A stretch of DNA of 63,043 nt, filler included. It is 5 parts of 5 records of this genome, joined end to end, with 100 filler letters (N's around TTAATTAATTAA, not from the genome) between each part and the next. Parts side by side here need not be neighbours in the genome. Positions count along the whole stretch, not along the records: positions 1 to 17,354 come from DRR378314_2474; 4 more parts are not named here. The stretch is one strand, 5' to 3'. Each line of letters opens with the position of its first letter. Positions within the stretch are counted from its first letter, which is position 1. The translations under genes and the position numbers were made by a program. Under the pieces are notes generated by a model. It saw only the letters and a program-made list of their open reading frames with translations, searched no databases and was not told the DNA's origin. This document shows positions 1 to 15,900 of the stretch, piece by piece.

Positions 1-3000
1 TCGGCGAGGCGCTTTTGGAGCCATAGCTGCGAAAGTACCGCATAAGACGCCAGGATAATGGAACCGTTCCGTGAGCACAAGCACATACACGGCTATACGT
101 TATGAAGGGTTACAGCAGATTTGCACACGCAACAAAACCAAAACAGCACGTCCCTGCGGTTGAGTCAGGTAGGGGGGCGACGCGCGACGAAAAACCAAAA
201 CGCACCCCTGAACACTCCTCGCATGAGCAATCATTACACACCCTACTCCCTAACCGAAATCGCCTGCATAAACCATTTCTCTTACTATGCGAGATGAAGT
301 CCAAGGATAAGCGCGAAATGGATAGGATGCCGGCACATGGCCCTCGTGGGGTTGGTCGGGCGCTGCCAGAGCGCTGACGAAGTGCCGAGGCATTGGCCTC
401 ACGACGGCAGTCCCCTCTGTCAATTTCTCTGGGCAGTTGGGCCACGAGGATCAACCTTCTCTCCCCCTCCGCCGCACAGCACGCGCTCTCGAAGGCGCTA
501 CAGTGCCGCCGTCCGCCCAAGCAGGCCGGAGCCGACGCAGTGCACAGCGCGAAACAGGGCCCGCGCGCGCACCCGCGATGGAGTCGGCTGCCGCAGCACG
601 ACCGCGCTTGGCAACCGCCGCTACGCGCCGCACAAACTATTGCAGTACATCAAAGCGCGCACCCCATCCATACGAGCCCCGCGCGCACATATGCTGCATC
701 AAAGCAGTGGGCAGTGAGAACGGTACGAGCCATAGGCCACCGCAGGCTGCAGCGCTAGCCGCGAACTCCGCAGCCAAGGAAAGCACTACATTGACCGCGC
801 GCAATACTGGAAGAGAACATGTGCGACGATTCGGCTGCACAACAGTGCACGCTACGCTCGTGCGCGAGACGCGGATGTACGTAGACCACAGAGTCCCCGT
901 TGTCCTTTGCTCTAAGTAAAGGACACTATCCGCAGTCCAGCGATGGAGAAACGGATATTTACCCGAGCGCTGAGCAGAAGCGCAAGAAAGGGTCGCGGCC
1001 AGCGCAGGACCAGAAGCGCGGAGCGCTGGCGCTAGCCTTTTCCGTTGGCTTCAGGGGTGCGCGCTAGCTTGCTCAGCCTGGGCCCCCAAGCACCAGAACC
1101 GCGCCATTTTCTGAACGAAGCTCCACGGAAACGCGGAGCGCGCGACAATGGCCACTGCTCACCCATAGCCTCACCAGATATATTGCTCGAATATGAGCGC
1201 ATTGATATGCGCAGAAAACACTTCCACAGGAAAGAAAACCCTTGTACAAACACTCGAAAGCCACGAGGCCAACGGCAAGTAGAAAGCGCGCGCTTCGGCG
1301 GTCCCACACAACGCCCCCCCTTCGCAGCCGCTGTCCCAGCCTGCACACAGGCGCACAGCAAGCCACAGGCAATCAACAGGGCTGGACGCCTGCGCTGCCA
1401 AGTGCAGACGCGTCGTCGCTACGTACCTCCTGGAGCGGGTCAGCAGAGGATTCCGGCATATTCCCGCAAACAAAACGATGAAATACCCAAGATGCACAAA
1501 AATGCAGCCCAGGCGTTCAAGGCTTTCGACTATTCACACAAGAAAAGAGAAAACGTCCCTGCGCCTGCGGGCTGCAAAGAACGTTCTGCGCACTCGAGAC
1601 GACGCTATGACCACCGCACAGGTACCAACAGCAAGCCGTCGGTAGTTTGCACGGAGCGCAGCGAGCCTCTCGAACGCGTCCGAAGAGGAAAAAGAATCTA
1701 CTTCACCTGTGTGACCGTCCGTCTCTCATAAATTCTGAGGATGGAGGCCTATCCTCTCGCCCTAGTACAATAAACACGATAGATCAGTCACGCAGACCGA
1801 AAAAGTATCCTCTGCGATCTTCTTATTTTCACACAGTATAGGTTGATGCGCGGCTTTAGTAATCTTTCGGGACGATCGCCAATGCGCGCGAAAAAGGACT
1901 CGCGTCCGTGACCTTGCGAAGATCATGCAATCACGTCGCCCGCACGCGGGCGTCCACCAGCGAAGGTGCGCACTCCTTCGCTCCTCGTGCCGCAGCAGCT
2001 CCCCCTTTGCCGTTTGCTCCGCCAGCACACCGCGACAGCTTCTTCACTCGCGTGCCCCGCAAAACGAAACGTCGACAAAAACAATTTTGTATCCACAAGA
2101 TAGCTTGCAGTGCATGCTCCGCTTCACGGCCAACGCAACCAGCTGCGCACTCCCGCGCTGGGAGGCCGGTGGGGTGGGCTCGCACGCTACGCCCAGAAAA
2201 GTCGCAGCCGCGAAATGAGCGCTCTGTCTGCAGGTCCCACAAACGAACGGCGCGCCCGTTTCGCAGCGTGTGTGCGCCGGTAATTCCCCGAACCTGCCTC
2301 CCCAGGTCGCGCGACGACGCAAAACAACCCTCTCCGTTGCCTGGCGCCTCTCCGGGATTCCAAATTCGCACCCAAACTTTGCAAGCCGGCAGAAGAGAAT
2401 CTTGCCACCTCTCGCCCTCCCGCGAGCTCCACGAGGTACAGAAAGTGCCAAGGGGAACGTGAGAGAGACAATGCTGCCACCCTTCTGTGAGAGGCCGCGA
2501 GCAACCTGTAACAAGCAACTGTGATGCTCCGCGGCGAAAAGGAGTGGCCTCGCGGGCCGCCGCATCCGCGCGATCGTGAGCGCCTGCTGGAATACCTGTC
2601 GAGCGGACACGCCGTGCACGTAGCAGAACACACGTCCTCCTACCGTTGCACTCTTTCAGCTTCATAGAGCAGATAGCAATGGTAGCCGGAAGGCGTTGGC
2701 ATACCCGCCTGGAGGGCGTGGTTGGCACACGCATGCCAGCGCACGCGCAAGCAGAGTGCGAGAGGAAAGAGCTACCGAAAACGTGAGAAACACGCGCACG
2801 CCCCCCTGCCGAGGCCACAGCCCGCTCAGCCACAGCGCTAACAAGTGCCCTGCGCGCGGACTGCCAGAAACGCCCAGCAAGCTCTCAAGCACGCACCTGC
2901 AGCACCAAGCCTTGCAGCGGTTTCAAATACAGGAAGCGAATGGTCTACTTCTTCCAAGCTACCTCCATACAAGCGCGATCATCGCCGGAGCCAGCGCCCT

Positions 3001-3852
3001 GCGCTGACAAAGGAAGATCCTGCGACGGAAGTGGGCTGGAGCCGCGAGGCCCTACACGAGCGCCTCACTGCTGCCCCGCCACACCAACAGCCGCCGTCTT
3101 CAGCCTCCGCAAAGCACCCGCTGCGCGCTGTCCCCCTTGCGAGAGCGCAGCCCAAGGCTCTCGGTGCTCATTGAGCAGCGGCACCCTGGAGCGACGGAGC
3201 TTCCGCGTTGCCATAAAACGCGCAGGAGCCGGCGCCTTTGGCGCCAGCGCACAACATTCGAATGCAAGCACACAGGGAATAAGGATACTTTGCAAGAAAG
3301 AATGGTGCCTATGAATCGCAGGTCGACGTAAAGAAAAGGTACCGCTAGGCCCTCAACGACGACCGAAACGTGCCGCTCTCCGTGCAGTGAGGCGCGAACC
3401 GTGCTTCGTCACGGACGCACGCGTTGACCCCTTTCGCAGACAAGCCTCCTGACGCACCATTCCCTGAGCGCCGCCACAATCGATAGCAGAGTGACAGCCC
3501 CGGCAACGGCATGCCTCTCTCGTTCATCTGTCGTGGATTTTCGAGAAGCTGTAGACAGGATGCATGCGCGAGCATGAAGTACGCGTGCAACCGCGCGCCG
3601 CCTGAGCGCGCCGCACGAGGGCACGCCCCACGAGAGCCACAGCCGCTCGCGCGCACCGCTCGCGCACACCCGTGCAAGCACACACTGCGCAACGCGGAGC
3701 GCACCGCCGCGACCGAGGAACCCCATCACCCTGCGCAACACGACACATGAGAAAGAGCACATTGCTTCGACCAGCTTATCTTTATTATTGTACACGCGAA
3801 CTCTTTCGCCCGCGCAGCGTACCCCGCAACCCGCCCGCAAACCCATTGCTTG

Positions 3853-5640
<1,788 letters not shown>

Positions 5641-8533
5641 TCAGACAAAGCGGTGCAACGCGTATTCGAGCGCACACCGTGGCCAACCGCCCCAGGTAAG
5701 TGAGAACAAACGAAGAAAATAGCAGAACGACTGTTACCTCATCGAAATTCTCGGTCTACTCATGGAGGCCACCTCTCTCAAAAACGGAGAGCAGTTTTTG
5801 CATAGGCCCACCGGCGTTGAGCGCGCACAAAAACTGCGGAGCAGCAGTGCACTTGCTGCTTCTGCACCGCCACACCCAACGCAGCACCCGCAAAATACAC
5901 ACACCCTCTCTCTTCCCCCCTTTCCTCAGAGGTAAAACCCACCCTGCCCGTGTTCGATAGTACGCAGATTCAAGGTTGCGAATAATATTTTACGCAGCGT
6001 GAGCAGAGGGCTCGCAAGGAATGCGCAAGCAGAGGAAGCACAGGACGTCCCTTCGTGCCGACTGCACGCTGCGCCACGCCACACGTCTCCAGCAACGCCG
6101 CTGAGTCCCACAAGCGCCTCCCGCGCACTTGCACCGCATGAGAACGCCACAGTACCTCGTAATTCCTCGACAAAGTCTAGCGAGAAAGAAACGGCGATAT
6201 CACGTGCCAAAAACATACAAACCCGAGGTAAGAAGCGAGGCGCCCGCGGCGCTCGTAAAGCGCAACGACGCGGCGAGAGCTACGTACGCCCGTCCCGCAC
6301 GACGGTAGCGTGCCATCCGCGCTCGAAGGATTACCCCTAGTATCGACTCGTGCCCGCCATTGTGAACGCGACGGCCGCCAACGACGGAGCGTGGGAGTTC
6401 GCGGCGCGAGCCGCCTGCCTTGCGACGCCCGCACTTTGCTCGCTGCCGCAAGCGCCGCGCGCCGTGCCGCTCGCAGACTGTTGTGCCCTGCATGCGGACC
6501 CACCCCTCCCCCTTGGCTTGTACGACGGTGCCGCCGCAACTGCGCTCAGGTCAAGCGCACGATCCTGCGGATGTTGGCCCAGAGAGGGCGCTGCGCACGC
6601 CGCCGCCGCAGTGCAGGCTCAGCAAAGTGGCCAGCGTGCAGCACGATACACTTAACCTGATGAGCGCATGACGGACGCCTCGCGCGTCTCCGACGGGGCA
6701 CGTGCTTCTCGCTGCTACGCTGTCTGCTGAATAGAAATGCCCTCCCGGGAGCGTTCTCTCCAGCGGATAGTGCAGCATGCAGAAATACTGCATCTCGGGG
6801 CGCGCTAGGCGTTCTTTCTCGTGCGCGCTATGACAAAAAACTGCACCCAAGCACTCGCTTGCTGAACGCGGACTCTCTTGCGAGCTTTCCGCACGTTTGC
6901 GCAAACAGCGCGTTGTGCGCAGGCGCGGGTCGCTCTTGGCAACTGCGCACAAGAACGCAGCGCGCTGTCGCGCGCAGAGCCGCACTCGCCGTGGGCGCGT
7001 GTGCTCTGCCTGTGTTGGCGCACTGTACCGTATTGCTGCCTTTTTGCCAAGGCCCCCGTCTGCCCTGCACCCGCTGGCCTGAACGGCTACGGCAGAACGC
7101 AATGTCCGCAAACGCGCGGCAGCTCACCGCCATGATGCTCTCGCTCACGCGCGGCCCACGTTGCGTGCGAACGCGTGTGCCTGCCCTCGGTGCTCGCCGG
7201 CTGCAACGCGCCCTCCCTTGGCCGCTATTCCACATCGCGCGAGTGACTTTCAGTTGGCATCTCTCCATTCGAGGGTGTCTGTCTGATTTATTTTTTTGTT
7301 TTCAATCGGATACGGATCACAAAGATCAGTACAGGAAGATACCGAAGTGCACAGGACGCGCTGCGATGAGGTGAGCCGCGCCTGCCCGAGCGTATCGCGA
7401 GCCCGATAGGAACCCGCGTGCCCTGTGTGCCGCCCTTGCTTGCTTAGCAGACTCGTTGCCGCAAGCCGCCTGCGTGGTGCCTCCCTGGTGCCAACCAAAC
7501 GTGGAAAGGGCGTCAATGTACAGTGGTGTGGAGGTGGCAAGGCGTTGGAGGGGGGTGGGGCAAGCCGCGCGTCCGTGTGCGCAGCTGTGCGGGCCCAACA
7601 GGCAGTGATGAGCGCGAAACAGGTACTGCTTAGGCCGGCCCTCTGCAATGCAGCATGCGGCCGCGCCGATGCAGAAATCCAAATATAACGTAGCGCACGT
7701 GGCATACGCTTGCGTTTGCCATCGCTCTGAGCCTTCTTCCTGCCGTGAGTGATCCCGCACGCGGTGTCGTAACAAGTAATGTGGGCGTACGCCGCAAGCG
7801 CAACCCTGCAGTGATGCGGTGCCCTCCACTTTCATGGCGTGTACGCTGTGGCGCCTTTCTCTACCAGTTCGGGCAGCCGCTGCGCTCCTCCTTTCCCAAG
7901 GGGTATGCACATAAAAATAAGTTTGGATGCGCTAACAAAAGCACGCAGCGCGGTACAATGCGAATAAAGGGAGGGATGCGAATGGCGTGCGACCTCGTGG
8001 CGGGTGCAGCACCATCCAACGGCTGCGTGGCCATCTCCTTCCAATCTTGCCAGTGCCACATCGCGCGAGCCTTTCGCGCGCCAGCTATGAACCGGTCCAT
8101 CCAATGTAGTGGGAGAGAGGTTGCCGCCACTGTATTCAAATCCCAAAGGGAACTTGGGAGTAGACCATCCGTGCATCAGCATCGCAAGCAACCTCCGCTG
8201 CCGCTGCGGTTCCAGTGCCACAGGCTCCATGCCGCAACTTCGACAAACAAAGAAAAGTATGTGCACATCCTCACTGATGCAACGCCTCCCGTCACTACCA
8301 CGACGTCTTTTGTTTCAACAAACCCAGATTGAAAAACACAGCATTACCAGTATGGTTAAGGAGAGCAACGGAAGGGGTGCAGGTAGCGCCCACTCTACGA
8401 CTTCTGCCACCCGAGGTTGCCGCGCCAACAGCGTCGCCTCAGCATCGCTTCCCACCCCCCCCCCCTTCACCTGTAAAACAAGAAGAAAAAACGCGCTGCG
8501 CCGACTGACTTTCCCTCAGAATAAAACATGCAG

Positions 8534-11500
8534 TCACGATGTAGACACAATATCGTCCCCGCCTGTCACATCTGCGGTTGGCAGACTCTCGGGCTGCGTG
8601 TCATGGTCCACGGGCTCTGCATTGGCTGTCCGCTCCGGAGCGTTCTCGGCAATCGGGACCTCCTGCCGTTCGCCCATGAGCCGGCGGACAGCACGCTTCG
8701 TGCACGAACGAATCGTGTTTCTAGCAATTGCGTGCACCTCCGAACCCTGCAGAGAAGCTCCATCATCGATGGCCGCACAAAGCGCATCGTATACTTCCCC
8801 CATGCTGCTCTTGAGCACCTCTGCTGCACTGGCAGTAGACAAAACCGCGCCGTCGCCACTGCCTGGCGATCGCAGCGACGCTTGCAGCGCCGCTACGCTG
8901 TCCTCAGCACGACGGATCTCCTCCGCATGCCGCTGTTGGCGAAGCTCGCTGGCGTCCCGCGCTCGCTTCGCGGTAGCCTGCACTTCCGCAAGCTCCACCT
9001 CAAGCGCTTCATTGGCCGCAGCCAACTCCTTTCGACGGGCGCGCTCTTCACGCAGGCGGCGCTCCAAGTCGGCAATTTTGTCTTCATCCTCCTCCCTTTG
9101 CGCTTCCAAGTCTGTTGCACGGCGCTGCTCGCGGCGCAGCTGGCGCTCAACCTCGCGAAGCCGTTGCGCAGTCTCCTCGGCCTCAGCTTCCCTGTCTTCC
9201 TTGTCGCCACTGCATGGCACAGACGCTCCGCCACTGTTACCGCCAGCCGTGATCCCGTGTGCTTGCTGCTCCCGGGAGGCATCCTCAAGCTCACGCACCC
9301 TACTCTTGAGTCGATCGATTTCGTCACTGCTCTCCTCGTCCTTCTGCCGAAACGCGCTCAGCACTTCGATGACATCCCGCAAGGAAAGACGATCCCGCCC
9401 CCTCCCATACTGGGCTTGTGTTGCCTCCACCAGCTTGTCAACCTTGTCTTCCAAGCGCGCAAGCAGCCGATCGCTGATGCCATTTCCCGGCTCCGCCCGA
9501 GCGGGCGCAGCGGTGGGACGATCTGCAACGCCTGCTGCGCGCGAATGCGTACCGTCGCCCTCAACGCCCCGTCTCTGCGCCGCTCCTGCGGAAGCATCTC
9601 CCACAGAGTCTTCGCTTTCGCCACTCGCAATGGGAACAATCGCCATCGAATTCCCTGTTGTATCGGAGCTGCCCCCGGCACTTGGATTCTCATGCGAGCC
9701 AGGCGCACCTTGTGGCATGGACTCGGGAGTCCCGGACGCAGGCACTGACTCGCCCGTGAACGGCCGCAGCATCGGACCGCCAAGACCGCCACTCCCTCCG
9801 CCTCCCCCATGCGCAGCCGTTGCCAGTCGTCGCATGCGTGCCACCAGATCAGTATTTCCGGGTTCTGCAGTCACGCCCGCGTTTCCCACTTCGCCATTCG
9901 GTGCAGGCAGGGGCGCTGCCGCAGCACCTGCAGAAGGAGAGCCGCCAACCGGCGCTTGAGCAACGGCGCCTGCATTCGCAGGCTCTGCACCACGCTTCAC
10001 CTTGACTAACTCGATTTCAAATACCAGTGTGGCATTTCCAGGAACTGGACCGGCCCCAGCAGTTCCATAAGCAAGAGAGGGAGGGACAACAAGAATCCGA
10101 CGACCCTCCTTGCGCATGCCCACAACGCCATCCTCCCACCCGCGTATCACCGCATGCGCACCGATCTGGAACTTGAACAATTTGTCTTTACCGACATTCG
10201 AGTCAAACACATTTCCAATACCCCCATGCTCATTCACAAGAAGACCAGTATACCGCACCGCAGCCGAGTCCCCGGTTTCCAGCACCTCTCCGCGCCCCAC
10301 CGTCACATCGAGCGCCTGCACGGTGTCGCCACCCGCCGCTCGAAAACGCGCAACAGCAAGCGACATGGCAAGCATCCGCCACTCGTTGGCAGTGCGGACC
10401 ATGATGGACCAGTTCTGCTGCTGGGCATCGTAAAAGCTACAATACTGGACACGCGGAAACGTAGCCGGAAAATCCTTGTGCACAAGCGCGCCGCACACGG
10501 TTTGTTTCTGCGCAGTATACACAAGAAGCTGGCACGCCTGCCCAGGCGGGCTCAGCAGCGCAAGCCCAAACGCGCCGACCGTGTCATAGCTAGCGCTTTG
10601 CGCATTGCTGTCAAGAATAGGGGAAAATATGGCCAAAAACGAAAGCGAGTCCAACAGAATTATGTCAGTACACCATGAAGCTCTACAAAGGCCAAAACGC
10701 AGGCGCCCATAGGAGTGCTCTCCTCTACAAGCCTGCGCGCACATGCAAGCATACGGCCGGCGCACCTGCCTGGCTTTGCGACGGAAAGGGGGCGCGAGTA
10801 GGACAGGCACCGAAGCAGCAAACGGAAAACTTGCACACACAAAAACGCACAACTTCTCTCCCTTTGCGAAACCAACAGCCCAAAATTCTCCACAACACAA
10901 CACTCCCGTTGTCCGCGCGCGGAAGCAAAGGGGGTCAGTTTGACGACCACACAAAGCGTCGGCACCGATCCGGTCACGCAGACACACGTCGGCACGGGGG
11001 ACTCGGCAGGCAGCATCCCACAACAGCTTTCCTTGCAGCGCGCACACATCCCTGCGCAGCTGAACCTTGTTTCATTCTCAACAATACGACGGCATACACA
11101 GATCCGACGAGAAGATGAATGAAACGTACTATTTGAAGAGTTGAACAGGGGCTGCAAACAGCATGCCGCCGCCGCCGCCGCCGCCGCTAGAAGGGGCTCC
11201 GCCTCCAGCGTTGGCACTTGCAGGTTGCCCAGCCTTTGGCTGCTTCGGAGCCGTATACCGAAGCGATTGATTCCCCGCGCCTTGCTGGGCTGCATCCATA
11301 CCAAAGAGGGCACCAAGCGCTCCACTTTGGCGAGAAAGATATCACAGGCGCACGGCCAACGGAACATCCCAGATGCAACGAGAGACGTGTAAGCGACGCG
11401 CAGCAGAAACGACGGCCGTGCACTGGGGAAGTAAAACAGAGCGGCAGCGCTCCGCAAGCGCAGAAACCCGAAAAGCAAAGAGGAATCAGACAGCAGCTCA

Positions 11501-11624
11501 GTGCCAGTTTCTCTCCACTAACGAAGAAAAATGAGCAACTTCACCACCCACCATGCTCAGAAAATAAATAATCTCGGTCATACCTCGACTTCTTTGGTTC
11601 AAACCCACCGCCATCGTCCTCCAT
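8534..11624 (-). CDS. FKBP15: FKBP15-like peptidyl-prolyl isomerase (N-terminal WH1-like region, FKBP domain, coiled-coil tail), exons 11624-11584, 11324-11130, 10607-8534
   Basis: The spliced product contains GALFGMD...SLRYTAPKQPK, FYDAQQQNWSIM and the FKBP core YTG...VFDSN...VIRGWEDGVVGMRKEGRRILVVPPSLAYG...TLVFEIEL, followed by an E/R-rich coiled coil. Both GT-AG introns are phase-compatible. Confidence 0.88.
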
Positions 11625-12981
11625 GGCTCTGTTCAATCAGCGCGCGCTGAGAAGCACAAAGGGGACGATTGTTGTTTGCACAACGTCCTCGCGAGCGAAG
11701 GCAAAAGCAGACGGCGCCGCCGTCCAGAACTCTTCACCATTGCAAAAAATACCCACCCTTGCCCTCTTTTTGCAACGAGCTGCCACCGAGCCAGTTCCGT
11801 TGGCACTGTCTCGCGTGCCGCGTGCAGCAGGCACCGGAGGATACAAACACGTTCTATCCTTGAACCGGTTTCCGCCGCCGTCGATACTGCGATTCGCTAT
11901 TCTTCGATTTCATATAGTTTTGCTGTATGGGCCTCTGTGGTGGCGAGGAACAGATAGAAGCACACGCTGCAGAGGAAGCCGATGCACAGCTGCGCACGCG
12001 CGCGGCTCTGTGAACAAATAGTGAAGGACGTTTCCCATCGTTAGCGCTTATCTCATGCATTGCCGGCCCCGCGTACACAAACCTCCTTTGCAGAGGCTGT
12101 AGAATGGATACACTTGAATAAATTCATACATTTCTCCACATAAAGACAACGCGACCACGCAGGCTCGCCCCACGCACCACTGCACAGGGTGGTTTGCGAC
12201 GGAAGCCAACAGCGGTTCTCCCCGACCGACGCCCTGAGGCTCCTGCGACAGGACGCGCCATCGTCCCGCTTGCAAGCGCTTGCAGCAGGCAACGTCAGAG
12301 GGCGTAGCTGCCTTCCAAACACGAAAGACACTCTTCATAATACCGCATGGTATTGCATAGGATAAGTAAACGTATTCGAGGGCGCTACGCCTGCTTTTGG
12401 CCTGCTGCTCGTGCCCCAGACCCCTGCTGTTTTCTCGTGCGCCCACCTTTTCGCGCTCCTCGCGCGCCCTGCGCAAGCGAACGAACGGATACGGGCGCTG
12501 CAAGTCAGTATACAAGGCGCTGCACTTCTCGTGCACGTATTCCAAGAACGGTGCAGTAGTACTATATGTACTGTCGACAGTACATGAGGTGTAGAAACGA
12601 GCGAGAAGACCATTCAGCACCCAAATCATAAGTACAAACCCAATGTGCAGTTGCAAGCACAGTGCTACGCGCGCCGCCGAAGCTCCACAACACTGTCGCT
12701 TTCCACATTCTCGTGGCAGCGAAACATACCCGAGCCTGTGACCGCCCCATGTACAGGGCAGGCTCATGCACAGACGCATACACGACATCGTATTGGAAAG
12801 TAGAAGGAAAGGTGCAAAGGGCCGCATGCACGCGCGCGCATGCCTCGACTGGAACAGTCAAACAGGCGGCCCTCGCGTATTGCGACGGAGCGACACACGC
12901 AAGACTGCTACACAGCTGCTTTCCACTTGCGCTTGCGCACAGTGTCTCCGGGCAAGCGCGCAGCCTATCCAAGAAGCCAAG

Positions 12982-15900
12982 TCAAAACGGTGCGCAGCGC
13001 AGTTTAGCGCGACATACCTTTTCTATAGGCTCTACCCCCGTTTGTATACACGCATCTTTCACGCTGCACGTTGCAGCTACTGCCCTGCTATACGCTTCGT
13101 TCCGATACTCAGTACGGCTTATGGCAGAGGCGCCGGGGCTGGTCGCGGCCTCCTCCTCTTCCTCAGTGTGATGTCGCACAAACGCCCGCCGCCGTTCTTC
13201 GCGGCGCTCTCGAACAGTTTCAGTTACTTTATACAGTATATCATGCATTTCCGCCAAATTCTGAATCGGAGTATTGCGCCACGCACTGTCAAGATCGCGT
13301 GGTAACGCACGTATCTGATCGACCACACTGCCGAGGAGCAGGCGCGACTGCGAATCGTCGATTTCGAGAGTAACCTCTTGCTCCATTCGATGCTCACGCT
13401 CTGCCTCGAGCATGGCAATTCGTTGCCGCAATGTCTCGTTTTCTTGCAAAAGCGCCCGTTTCGCATCCGCAAATCTGCCAAAAAAAAGAGCGATGCGAAT
13501 CCACAATACACGCATAGAATTTCACGCGCAGAACCCTCTGGCGGTCAGGCTCGCGCGCCAGAGAATCGCAGCACGTGCTCAACTTCCTGCACCAATTTTG
13601 CCAGCACAGCAACAGCAGTGCGTATCTCGCGCTCTTTGCAACTGCGAAGCAAATGAATTTACCGTTTAGATTCCCGTCAGCACACGTGGAACTCGAGAGC
13701 TGCAACGTTGCCACAGCGTGTCACATGGGACTAGTGCACTTTTCGTCATAGGGAACCATACTCGTAATCAATAGGTACCCAATGCGTGCTCCAACCGGCA
13801 GCCGTTTTCACGGCCGTTGTCTCTTATGTTCACAAACAAAGTTTGCCTTGGCCAAGTTTTGCGGTAAGAAACAGTCGATTGGGCCAAGCCAACATACGAA
13901 ATCATCGTGGCAGCTGGATAGAACACAAACTCGTCGCCGCTAGCTGCGGAAGCTGCCGCGCGCCGCATTAGCACGGCGAGCAGGTTTGCGATACAGGATT
14001 CATACAGCTGCAGGCCGCAAAAAGAAAGAACCTCAAGGAAGAACCCCTCCTGCTACAAAACTATGAGCCACACGATCGTCGTCCTATCCACGGCCTGTAG
14101 CGCTCCAACGCCGGCGACCTGCTCGCGCAATGCGAAACTGATCGCACCTCGCTGCGCCCCTGTGCCGTACGCGAAACATGCAGTGAGCCACAACAAGGCG
14201 CTGCACTATCTCCCCCCCCCATCCACTCCCGCCGTTGTCAACAGAAATCTACAAGAGTTCATTTCTAACCGCTGCGACCGGGCTACGAGCTCGCAGAGCA
14301 GTGCGGGAAACTTGTATCCTGTAATCCAGACCGCAAAACGCTGCAAGCCTCACCAGCGCACGCAGTCTGGCAAACCTGGTGCCCGCATCTGTGGGCAACG
14401 AGTCACTAATGCAGGCAGCAAGGCGCCCCCCCCCTCCCGTAGCTCAAAGCAGAAACACATCCATGCTGGCGAACATCCCTCGTAAAATGACGACGTAAGA
14501 AGGAGATACCCTCTCTACCGAATCGACAGGGTGGTCCAAACGCCTGGACTGGAGCGCATGAACGCGACGAACCAGAAAGGGACTGCGTCACACGGCTCAA
14601 ATATTACTCTGCCCTAGGCTCAACCCTACCTTTCTGCCAGCTGCTGCCGGTTGCGCAGTGCCTGGTGCAGGAACCGAACTTCAGCATCGTATTCCCTAAT
14701 CTCGGTATTCGCTTGTTCTGTGCTTGTCGTCTCCCGCTGCATCTGCGAGTTTCATCGAATTCCACGCCGTGCATTGTAACGATCAGCATAGAAGAATTAT
14801 CATAAACGGACCGGCAGGTGGCACGAGCGCTGGCGCCGAAATCAGTCGCACCCCTGTGTGAGTAGAGACACACGGAGAGGGCTCTGTTCGGTCGTCTGCC
14901 AATGAGCCGAGCATGGTTTGGGTTTGCGTTGAAAGCCGTCAGAGCACTTTCACGACCTTCGAGACAACATCCCCGTTATCATGTACCGCGTCTGCCTAGG
15001 AGCAAGACGACTACATTGGACCGGCATAGAAACGCTGTGACTATGCCAGGCACGAGAAAGGCAGCTGAAGGAGGCCAAACGCGAAAGGCTGCATGGTACA
15101 GAATGGGAACGTACTGCGTCAATGTGTTGCTTGTACTCCTCTGCAATCTGCCGCACTCGGTCTGCTGTTGATCGACGTAGTGCTTCTACCGCTACGCTCG
15201 CCTCTTCAGCAAGTTGTTTCTCGCTCTCGCGCAACGCCATACGCAACACGACGTTGAACAGTTGCCCGTACTTGAGCCACAGCGTACGAAAGAGAGCTCC
15301 CATGTCGCTACATTGAACTGTCGCCTCCCGCACAAGAGCATTAAAGCACTGGTCGTAGATCGCACGTGCTCGCTGGCATATTTCTTGTGGCGCAAGCTTT
15401 TCGTGAATCTGCTTCGTCAAGGCATCATCCATCCACTTGCCTAGGAGCTGTACTGTCCGTCGCCCAGTTGGAAGTGAAGCCTGGAGATTAGCACGAGGTG
15501 TATGCACTCGGCGCTCTGCACAAACAAGCGCATAGGCACCAGTATACAAAACGAGCAAAAAGGGGAGATGTGTCACCGCAGCCTGGTCGATTTCATCGTT
15601 TTGGTTTACTTTCCCATACCATCATACCGACATATATCAAATGCATTACCACAGAGAAACAAGCGGACGCGGCAAATACTACGCGGCTCGCGTGCAATCC
15701 ATTCGCTATAAATCTCACGCACTGCACTTCCAGCGCTTGCCTTGACGAGCCAACGAGAGGAGATTTGCCTAAGCGAAGTACTCTGATTTTCTGCAGAGTT
15801 GGACTGCGCAGAGCTCGATAATCACATTATCATGAAAACCTAATATGTGTTAAATCCCTGTAGCGATTAACTGTTTTCTTGTTGGCGAGGTGCGTAGAAT

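Noticed and set aside
1..3850. Many 60-300 aa ORFs here and at 5300-8500 and 32200-35200
   Set aside because: They are Arg/Ala/Cys-rich frames expected by chance in GC-rich intronic DNA. Real exons probably exist there, but I could not assemble or identify them.
8109..9959. 616-aa and 406-aa plus-strand ORFs
   Set aside because: They are antisense shadows of the FKBP15 exon, with Ser/Arg/Ala-biased composition and no motifs.
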